NCBI RefSeq assembly: GCF_009914755.1
Contig: NC_060939.1
Reading direction: 5' to 3' (one strand)
Origin: the human T2T-CHM13v2.0 reference genome, Homo sapiens
DNA: 64,000 bases
Below the pieces are notes generated by a model. That model was given only the letters and a program-made list of their open reading frames with translations, was not told the DNA's origin and made no database searches. Shown piece by piece: positions 46,543 to 64,000 of this stretch (its first letter is position 1; each line of letters opens with the position of its first letter). Made by a program: the position numbers and the translations under genes.

Positions 46543-47324
46543 TGAACTCCTGGGCTCAAGTGATCTGCCTGCCTCCCCCTTCCAAAGTGTTGGGCGTCAG
46601 CCACCGTGCCGGGCCAAGTATGCTTTTTCTCCCTAGGCAAGCAAATGGTTCTAGGACTAAACTGGAGTAAGAAACAGCAGGACCTGAGTAGTACAAACCA
46701 TTGATTGGAGACAGGAGAGGATGGAGTCTCTCAACTCACTATTTACACTTCACATTTGTTTTGCCCACTGATCCTCAGGACACCAGGGGTCAGTGATTTA
46801 TCCAAAGTCACACAACTAAATAATTAGTATTGAGCTAAAACTTGAACCCAGGCATTCTAACTCCTGATCTAGGAACTGGGTGAGGAGGAGAATTAATAAA
46901 GATATTTAACTGAGTGGGCTGAGAGAGAACTCAGCAGTGTTTTCAGAGGCACAGCTGTGTGTGTGGGCGTGTGGGTGTGTAAGGAAAGAGAGTTCTCCGG
47001 AACTGTTATCCATCACTGTTTTAACAGGACAATGTTTGGAAATTTCTGAGCACAAACGTGAATAACAAAACAAAGTGCAAGGCGGCTGGCTGGCCAGTTT
47101 GTTTTGAGAGGTAAATCCAGGAGACCCAGAGTAGAGAGGCAACTACCTGGCTTGCCTGTAACTGCAGGCTTGAACCAATGAACTCAAGTATGGTACTGTC
47201 ATCCTGCCCAATCAAATCTTAAAGGCTGGGCTGGGCACCGGGGCTCACGCCTGTAATCCCAGCACTTTGGGAGGCCCAGGTGGGTGGATCACTTGAGGTC
47301 AGGAGTTCGAGACCACCCTGATCA

Positions 47325-47693
<369 letters not shown>

Positions 47694-47713
47694 CTACTAA
47701 GATACAAAAATTA

Positions 47714-47950
<237 letters not shown>

Positions 47951-48031
47951 TCAAGAGATTGAGACCAACATGGTGAAACCCCGTCTCTACTAAAAATACA
48001 AAAATTAGCTGAGTGTGGTGGCACATGCCTA

Positions 48032-48247
<216 letters not shown>

Positions 48248-48610
48248 TTACATTTACCCCACACACTGTTCTAAATGACTTTCATTGATTTACTCTCACC
48301 ATAATAGTATAAGAAAGGTGAAACTATGATCCTTATTTTACAAAAAGCATATATAGTAGATCCATTGATACAGCCTCCTTACTTTTTTTTTTTTTTGCTG
48401 AGATGGAGTCTTGCTGTGTTGCTCAGGCCGGAGTACAGTAGTGCGGTCTCAGCTTACTGCAACTTCCGCCTCCTGGGTTCAAGCAATTCTCTGCCTCAGA
48501 CTCCCGAGTAGTTGGGATTACAGGCGCCTGCCACTACGCCCAGCTAATTTTTGTATTTTTAGTAGAGATGGGTTTTCACCATGTTGGCCAGACTGGTCGT
48601 GAACTCCTGA

Positions 48611-50593
<1,983 letters not shown>

Positions 50594-50675
50594 TGAACAC
50601 CTGACCTCAGATGATACACCCACTTCAGCCTCTCCAAGTGCTGGGATTACATGCGTGAGCCACCACACCCAGCCC

Positions 50676-53035
<2,360 letters not shown>

Positions 53036-53059
53036 AAGAGAAAGAAAAAAAATAGCATA

Positions 53060-53426
53060 AGTTTCAGGTCTCTGTCTAGAAAGCTTATCCTCCCCTCCCA
53101 GCACCTTCTTCACCAGACATATCTGATTCATCCTTAAGGTCTCAGCTCAAAAGTCACTTCCCCAGCAAGATCTTCCTTGATTACTCTCTAAACTGAACTG
53201 CACTTTCTGAGACTCATAGCACCCTTTTATTCGTCAGAGAGCTGATCACAATTTGTAATTATGCACTTGTTTCTACATTCATTGGCCTAGTGTTTGTGTG
53301 CCTTACTAGATTGTAAGCTTCAGGATGGCAGGAACCACATCTGTCCTGTTGGCCCCTGAACTCCCAGCACCTAGAACCTAGAACATAGTAGGCAATCCCT
53401 TGATAAATGTGTTGAATGACTGAATC
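53060..53426 (+). mobile_element. L2 3' end
   Basis: ctagattgtaagcttcaggatggcagg...cccagcacctagaac...tagtaggc...ataaatgtgttgaatgactgaat. Confidence 0.8.
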
Positions 53427-53674
53427 AAGGAAGATGGCCACTTTATCTATGAGACATATCTTACCATTTTCCCCTCTCTTTTGTTGTATTTATTTGGGTT
53501 TAAGAATAGACATACTTCCAATGCTGGAGTTGGAATTTTATAACCTTCTCCACCAAACATTTTTATTTCTAAAATCCAAAGCTCCTCTCAAACATTGCTC
53601 CAAAATTTCTACTGCCTATAAAAGAGACTTGTGTTGTGCTATAAAGATGATATGAGGCTGGGCGTGGTGGCTCA

Positions 53675-53959
<285 letters not shown>

Positions 53960-54774
53960 CTATAAAAGATTCACCCCACCCTGCCAAAAGAAAGAAAGGT
54001 GGGCACAGTGGTGCACGTCTGTAGCCCCAGACACTCAGGAGGCCGAGATGGGAGGATTGCTTGAGCCCAGGTGTTCAAGACCAGCCTGGGCAATGTAGTT
54101 GAGATCCCATCTCTAAAAAATATCTATCTGTATAGAGTGCAATGGTATAATTATAGCTAATTGCAGCTCTAACTCCTGGCCATAGGAGATCCTCCTACCT
54201 CAGCCTTCCAAGCAGCTAGGACTACAGGCACCTATCACCATGCCCAACTAATTTTTAAATTTTTTGTAGAGACAAGGTCTCGCTCTGTTGGCCAGGCTGG
54301 TCTGGAACTCCTGGCCTCAAGAAATCCTCCTGCCTTGGCCTCCCAAAGCACTGGGATTATAGGTGTGAACCACCATGCCCAGTCTCATTTCTTTATTAGA
54401 AAGGACAGCTAGGGTGATTGCCTTTCCCTTTTCCAATGTACAAAGTTAGTTTTTAAGCTATCCTTTTAATCACGTACACAGAACTAAATATAGTTCTTGT
54501 TCCTAAAAGTCTGCAGTATATCCAAGCACCTGTTAGCAGCTTGCCACACACCTCCATTTAGCTTTCTCAGCAAGGTCACTCCTCTGTGCAGCAGCAGAGA
54601 GGAGGGGCTCTCCTCCAGGGTGCATTCTCATTCCACCTTAGTATTTCTTCATTCACTCAACTAAAAGTTATTGACGTAACAAGTGCCAAGCATAATGCCA
54701 GGCACTGGGGACCTAAAGATGAGGAAGACCAGGTTCCTGACCTCATGGAACTTGCTAGCTAATAGAAGGAGTAT

Positions 54775-55811
<1,037 letters not shown>

Positions 55812-55955
55812 TAGTAGAGACAGGGTTTCACCATATTGGCCAGCTGGTCTCGAACTCCTGACCTCATGATCCACCCGCCTCGTCCTCCCAAAGCACTGGG
55901 ATTACAGGCATGAGCCACTGCGCCCAGCCCACATCTTGATATTTTTGAATGCTAG

Positions 55956-56192
<237 letters not shown>

Positions 56193-56298
56193 TAGCCAGG
56201 ATGGTCTCGATCTCCTGACCTCGTGATCCGCCCGCCTCGGCCTCCCAGAGTGCTGGGATTACAGGCATAAGCCACCGCGCCTGGCCTCCACCTGGTCA

Positions 56299-56553
<255 letters not shown>

Positions 56554-56711
56554 TCACTGGGAGGTCAAGGCTGCAGTAAGCTATTATTGCACTACTGTAC
56601 TCCAGCCTGAGCAACAGGGTGAGCCCCTGTCTCAAAAAAGGAAAAAAAAAAAAAGATGGTTGTGTTATAGGTTGCTATGACTGCATATTTGTTTTCTAGC
56701 CAGCCCTCTAA

Positions 56712-56927
<216 letters not shown>

Positions 56928-57681
56928 TAGTACAGACGGTCAGGCTGGTCTCTCCATGTTGGTCAGGCTGGTCTCGAACTCCCGACCTCAGGTGATCCAC
57001 CTGCCTTGGGCTCCCAAAGTGCTGGGACTACAGGCGTGAGCCACTGCGCCCAGCACCCAGTTTCTTTTTATTGTAGAGTCATCTTCCCATGCAATATATT
57101 TGAGTGATGCTATAGTCTGGGATAATTGCCCTCCCTTAGTCAAGTGTCAGGCTCATAACTCAAGATGGGCCAATCACATTCTCCTCCCACCTCAGCTCCC
57201 AAGTAGCTGGGACTACAGCCAGCACGCCTGGCTATTTTTGTATTTTTTGTAGAGACGGGGTTTCGCCATGTAGCCCGGGCTGGTCTTGAACTCCTGGGCT
57301 CAAGTGATCCACCCATCTTGGCTTCCTAGAGTGTGGGATTACAGACGTGAGCCATCACACGGTCCCTAACTGATACTATTGCCATGGCCTACCTTGCTTG
57401 CCTTGGCAGGAGGGCCAGCTTGGCATGAGTTAGCAAAGAACCACTATTTGAGATCACCTATTTTATCTCAAGTACTGCTGGAACCCATGCACCTAGAAAA
57501 GACCAGGGTTTTCAACCAGTAGATCCAGAATAAGCAGTCTTATTGAATCAAAGGATATATCAGCCAAAATAATCAACAAGCACAACTTGATATTTTTTAA
57601 TGGTAGCTTGAAGGACCTATCTCAGAGTGCCCCTTACATTTTTAACTAAGAAGCCAGTATTATCTATTGATCACTGAATAG

Positions 57682-57983
<302 letters not shown>

Positions 57984-58010
57984 TAGTAGAGACGGGGTTT
58001 CACCATGTTA

Positions 58011-58118
<108 letters not shown>

Positions 58119-58239
58119 TCATGCTGAGTTCCAGTGGCTGCACTGGAAGAGTTTGTGTCACCCTAATCCACTTGTGTTTGGCAGTGATTTATCCACATTT
58201 GCTATTTCTCCACTTGGTCATTTCTCATTAATGTCTAAA

Positions 58240-59100
58240 CCTACTGAAACCTGACTTCTGTTCCTGCCACTTCAAGTCCTCTCAAAGGACTACTGGTCTC
58301 CTGTTTTCCAAATCTGAGGGACATTTCCCCAGCTTTTTCTTACCTGACTTCAGCTGCCATCTATGTGCTGATACCTCCAGACCTGTATCTATCTACTTGC
58401 CATTCATCTCCAGTCACCTTAATACTCAGCATGTCCCAAACTGAACTCAATACCTTTCCTCCTCAATCCCCCTCAACTGTGCTTTTCCTGGGATCCTTGT
58501 CCTTGTTAGTGGCACTCAGTCACCCATATTAGGAATCTAGGAATCATCACAATGATGATTCCATTTCTTATATTTCACAGCTAGTGAGTCACCATGTCCT
58601 TTAATTCCCACCTCTCTCTTCATTTCCTCTACAACCTTAATTCAGGCCTTCATCATCTCTCTCATAGGGTACTGCCAGATCCTCCTACCTAGTTTCCCTG
58701 CCACTAGTCTTTTCCCCTTTGAATCCATCCCTGCCATAGCAGAGTGATCCTTTCTAAAAATATAGGTTTGATCATGTTACTTCAAGGATGTACCATTGAC
58801 TGCAAGATACATGTGAAGCTTCTCATCCTGCCATGCAAGTTCATTCATGACCTGACCTTAGTATATCTCTCCAGCCTCATAAATTACCTTGCCTCCTTTG
58901 CTGCCTACTTTTCAGTGATGCTGTTTTACAGTTCTGTGTATAAATGCATCTGTTTCATACTTTTCCCCTACACCATCCCCGCTCACTCTGACTTCATTCA
59001 CCTGGTGGATATACCTATTCGTCTTTGAAGGACTCCATTCAAAAGACACCTGTTTGAACATTTTCCTCTGCAGGTAGAGTAGCCATTCTTTGTGCCCTCC
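58240..59100 (+). mobile_element. L2 LINE relic
   Basis: actcagcatgtcccaaactgaactc...gcagagtgatcctttctaaaa...gatcatgttact. Confidence 0.75.
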
Positions 59101-59174
59101 CCATCCATACAGCCAGCTCTCACAGTGATTATAATATTTTATCACACTTATGTATTTACATATATATTTCCCAA

Positions 59175-59300
59175 ACTCAGGGAATAGTCCACAGACTACC
59201 GTTACTTTGGATACCAGTTGCAAGTTTGGGGAACCCTAAGACTACCCTCTGGTTATATAATTCGCCACAAGGACTCACAGACCTCATTGAAAGCTGTTAT
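59175..59300 (-). mobile_element. 3' portion of the same MER77/MER21-group LTR, in opposite orientation
   Basis: Reverse complement reads ataacagctttcaatgaggtctgtgagtccttgtggcgaattat...agagggtagtcttagggttcccc, the expected continuation of 55622-55632. Confidence 0.7.
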
Positions 59301-60779
59301 AGTCTCTGGGCGCAGTGGCTCACCCCTGTAATCCCAGCTACTCAGGAGGGTGAGGCAGGAGAATCGTCTGAACTGGGGAGGCGGAGGTTGCAGTGAGCCG
59401 AGACTGTGCCACTGCACTCCAGCCTGGGCAACACAGCAAGACTCTATCCCAAAATAAAAAAAAAAAAATCAAGTTGTGATTGTTGATAATTTTGGCTGAT
59501 ATATCCTTTGATTCATGCAGCTGTCCCCAGAGTGTGTGTGCCTGTAGTGCCTGTGTGCGCCCTTTGGGGAAGTAGTCCTTCCAGACCTGATTATTTCTGA
59601 ACAGAGTATGGCCAAGTCACTATTGACACTAGCATGCATAGCTTCTGAACTGATATGGTTGGCTGCTGATAGCACAGACTAGAGCACTCAGAAAATTATC
59701 AAACAGAGACTAAATGTTTAGGCACTTAAAACATGCTCCTTGGCAAGAGGAACACAATGTTCCTATTACAGAATTGACCTAAATTCAGGAAAGAGCTTAT
59801 TGATGTAGGCAAATGCTTGAATCTGCAGCCAGCAGGATCATCAATGGATGAGGGTGGGAGCGGGGAGTCTTCCAATTTTACAAGGTCAGCTTGAGCAACT
59901 CTCTAAGAGCCGACACTAAGACTAGTTCCACTGGATGTACTGAAGTTGTATAATCAGGCTCCAAATAACTACTACCTCTGCCCAAATCTGTTCCCAGAAC
60001 TAATCAACATGCAGGGACCACTGCATGTCAGACAAGAGCTGACCTGGATCCCTGTGAAAATCTGTCCACAGGACACTAGTGCTGCTGGAGGGAATGGTGA
60101 AGTACTTGTATCCATGACAGAGTCCTAGAAAGATGGGAAGCAATATGGGAGCTGACTGAAGCCACAGGAAGTGGGATCCATTTCCTGAATACAAAGCAGA
60201 AACTAATTAGTCAGTTTCCAACACAATCTTCCATTCTCACAGCTGCCAAAGACCTCCAGTTCACAAATCTCAAGAGACCTTGCCTGCTCAAAGTTCTTTC
60301 TTAGCTCCTTTCATCCATGACACAAAATCTAAAACCTGCTATCTCTCTCCAGCCTCTTCTCCCAAACTGTCCTGGTGGGCTTCTTTTCTCACAGGAGTGT
60401 GAGCTCCTCAAGGGCAGGGACTAAGTACTGTCCACCTCCATAACCCCTCTACTTGGCAGGGGCCTAGGACAAGCTTATCTCCTGGTAGGCACAAATGTTT
60501 GCTGAAGGAGTGAATGAACTACATTTGCATTTTATCTCTGGCAATGTCTAAACCAAAGAAAATCACACTTGTCTTCTCAGAAGAGGGAACATATTCAAAT
60601 ACCCAGAATTGCAGTTCCTGGTAAAACCTTTCGGCGGCAGCAGCAACTGGAAACTCAGCAGAATCTTTGAGTACTAAAAAGAGTGAAATGGGCCAAGACT
60701 TGAACAGCCATGGTTGAAGTAGCCCAGGGGACTGAGATGGGAAGGGGAGATTCATGGCTATCTAAAGCTTAAGAACCAC

Positions 60780-61061
60780 AAACCAGTTCTTTCTTACAAA
60801 TCACATATATTTACATTGTGGATCTGGGATACACTTATCACAGTAGGAGCTGCTCAAATCAATCTGAATGCTACGCAATCTGGGAACCTCCCCATAACTG
60901 TTTGAGCCAGCATTTCAGATTATAGATAAGCTGTTTCCAGCTGGACTGGGTTTGGAAAGTTCACTCTAAAGAATGAAGTCACCTGTTGTCACTGTCCTCC
61001 TCTCCAGGATTCCTTTTGGGGCCAGGTACCATCCTGTGGCTCCTTAAGGAGGCTTCTCTCT
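60780..61061 (-). other. SNUPN: SNUPN 3'UTR (3' boundary approximate)
   Basis: Follows the TAA stop. Candidate variant poly(A) signal AATATA at 60811-60806, preceded by UGUA. Confidence 0.6.
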
Positions 61062-61385
61062 TTAATTCTCCATGAGGCATCCAGGGTGGTCTGGGCTATG
61101 GGAAGAACCCTTCAACTTGGGAGTAGACAGGTGCTCCAATTCATAGTGCCCATTCTCAGAGGCCTTGTGTGTGAGTTTCTCCTTCATGCCTTCCTTCTGG
61201 CTCTTCTTGTGCTCCATAATCTGCTGGAGCTGGTGCCCAGCATAGTCTGGCTTGGTGGTCAGCGGGCCAGCCGGCACAGCTACACCAAGGACATCTGACA
61301 CCATGTAGGGGCGCAGCCAGCCCACCAAGGGAGTGCTTCCGGGGCTGTAGTGGGTCTGTTTGTGGTAGAAGAGAAGTCCATCTAC
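61062..61385 (-). CDS. SNUPN: SNUPN (snurportin-1) last coding exon, 107 aa + stop
   Basis: Acceptor ccccttgtcttatag|GTA at 61386/61385. Translates [27 protein letters not shown]...DHPGCLMEN*, the recalled snurportin-1 C-terminus including cap-stacking W276. Confidence 0.97.
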
Positions 61386-61709
61386 CTATAAGACAAGGGG
61401 AAATTGAGGATCAAATGACTTCTGGGGCCACATGTTTCCAGGAGAGCCTATACACACAAGGGCAGCTCTTGTGGTCCGACTCCTTTTTCTGGGTCACTGA
61501 CAGAGGAAAGAGTCCCAGCTTCTCACACATGCCGTTTCTCTAAATAAAGAAATGGCCTAGAAAACTAAATTTGAGAAAATAAAAACATTGGCTGGGCGTG
61601 GTGGCTCATGCTTATAATTCCAGCACTTTGGAGGCTGAGGCAGGCAGATTGCTTGAGCTCAGGAGTTTGAGACCAGCCTGGGCAACATGGTAAGACTCCA
61701 TTTCTACTA

Positions 61710-61922
<213 letters not shown>

Positions 61923-62531
61923 TTACAGAGTGCTTTCCTGCCCACTATTTTACTATCTTACCCATGACGGTGTCTGAGAGATGGGGCTGCTCATACTCAG
62001 GGAGTTCTGAGGACCTCCTTAAAACACACAGTGAGTAGGAAGCAGGACTTCAACTTGAACTCTGGTCTTCTGTCCCCAGATTCCACGGACTTTCCACCAC
62101 TTAGGGGTCTGTGTTGTGGTGGATGAGCTCTGTGCATGGAATGAAAAGCAGAGGAACTGGACAGGCCCCTCCGGGGCAGCAGATTGCTGCACACAGTGGA
62201 AACAGGCTGTCCAGATGCCCTGCTTCCCTGGCTACTGTTGGTTGCCTAAACCTCCCCCTAAATTGTTTGTGAGCCATGTTCTGGGAAACAGTTTTTCTCA
62301 ACGGGAAGACCTCCTACAGTCCCACATTTTATTTTCTATGATTCAGTGACTCATCTCTAAAAAGCATTTATTGTCACTGGGGCATAAGGGTTATAAATAA
62401 AGATGGTATTCTTACCACCTTCTTAATTGACTCCCAGAAATGCTGGCAACTCAGCCTTTGCCATTTCCTTATTTGGGAAGCTGTGATCCTTATATAAAAT
62501 TACATCCAGTTCAAGCAAATGCTTGCAGTGA

Positions 62532-62862
<331 letters not shown>

Positions 62863-62865
62863 TAA

Positions 62866-63282
<417 letters not shown>

Positions 63283-63841
63283 TGAGACTTTCAGTGCTAA
63301 AACAGGGCGAGTCCTGAGCAAACTGGAATGAGGTGGTCACCTGACTCATGCTCCTGCTCAGCAAGTGCTGCTGTCCCCAAGGGCCATCTTCTTTGGTGAG
63401 GAAAGGATTAGGGATTTGGACATTTGTTGGAGTCATTCAGTCACAGAAGCACCTTCACTTTACAAGCAGCCACGACAGCCAAACCAGGGACCTGGGTCTC
63501 AGCTTGCAGTAGGAAGAGGCACACAAGAAGGATCTAGGCATGCAAGTCTTGCTCCTATCTGGGCCTCAGTTTCTCCGGACCTCAGTTTCTCCATCTGTAA
63601 GATGAGGGAGTTGGACGAGCTGTCCATTAAGGGCCCTTCCAGTGCCAGCATTCTGACTTATCCAGCATGGGTGGAGCTCAGGCTCTGAAGGGCAGCAAGT
63701 ACATCCTTTCTCCAGAATCAGCTTTGTCCCATTCTGATGCTTTGACACAGCACAATCAAGGAATATTTTAAGACTTTGTGTAACTAAGTCTCTCTGCAGC
63801 CTATCATCATGTCAAGGCAATAAAGACAATGGTTTCGTTAC

Positions 63842-63922
63842 CTCAAAAGGGAAATCCATAGATAGCACATCACACAGGCTTTCGGGAGTGCAAGGGAAGT
63901 TCTTTAGCCCCACAAATTTAAA
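63842..63922 (-). CDS. SNUPN: SNUPN penultimate coding exon (81 bp)
   Basis: ttctatttcag|TTTAAA...TTTGAG|gtaac. Translates [27 protein letters not shown], phase 0 at both ends and in frame with the last exon. Not in the ORF track. Confidence 0.96.
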
Positions 63923-64000
63923 CTGAAATAGAAATTAGAACAAGGAATTAGTACGTTATAAATGATACTGGCCCAAGCAATTGAAAATCTCTGTCAGGCC

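Noticed and set aside
46880-47220. Repeat-free stretch with several forkhead-like TGTTT motifs upstream of PTPN9
   Set aside because: Could be an enhancer, but the motifs are too short to support a call from sequence alone.
61086-61298. 70-aa plus-strand ORF
   Set aside because: Antisense shadow of the SNUPN last exon; no independent support.

Overview
Human (hominoid) genomic DNA, recognisable as the PTPN9-SNUPN locus (chr15q24.2, from recall of the two protein sequences). Both genes are on the minus strand. Bases 1-41417 are the 5' part of the very large PTPN9 intron 1. PTPN9 coding exon 1 (MEPATAPRPDMAPELTPEEEQ) is at 41418-41480 inside a CpG island. About 19 kb of intergenic DNA follows, then the last two coding exons of SNUPN (61062-61385 and 63842-63922; the second is absent from the ORF track). 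The window is very Alu-dense (roughly a hundred copies or fragments, by eye) and also holds an SVA, several L1 3' ends, a solo LTR8, a MER77/MER21-like LTR, MER47A, MER20, MER5 and L2 relics. Almost all other track ORFs are repeat artefacts. Main observations: (1) a ~3.5 kb Alu-Alu inversion at ~55.6-59.5 kb, shown by swapped target-site duplications, a split LTR and chimeric junction Alus; (2) a cluster of A>G changes with ADAR-like context in the SVA SINE-R; (3) one TSD enclosing an Alu+Alu+SVA composite; (4) phase-compatible SNUPN-to-PTPN9 read-through potential behind a weak SNUPN poly(A) signal; (5) an AUG uORF in the PTPN9 leader and a candidate poison microexon in intron 1. Repeat family calls and consensus comparisons are from memory and need RepeatMasker/Dfam confirmation.
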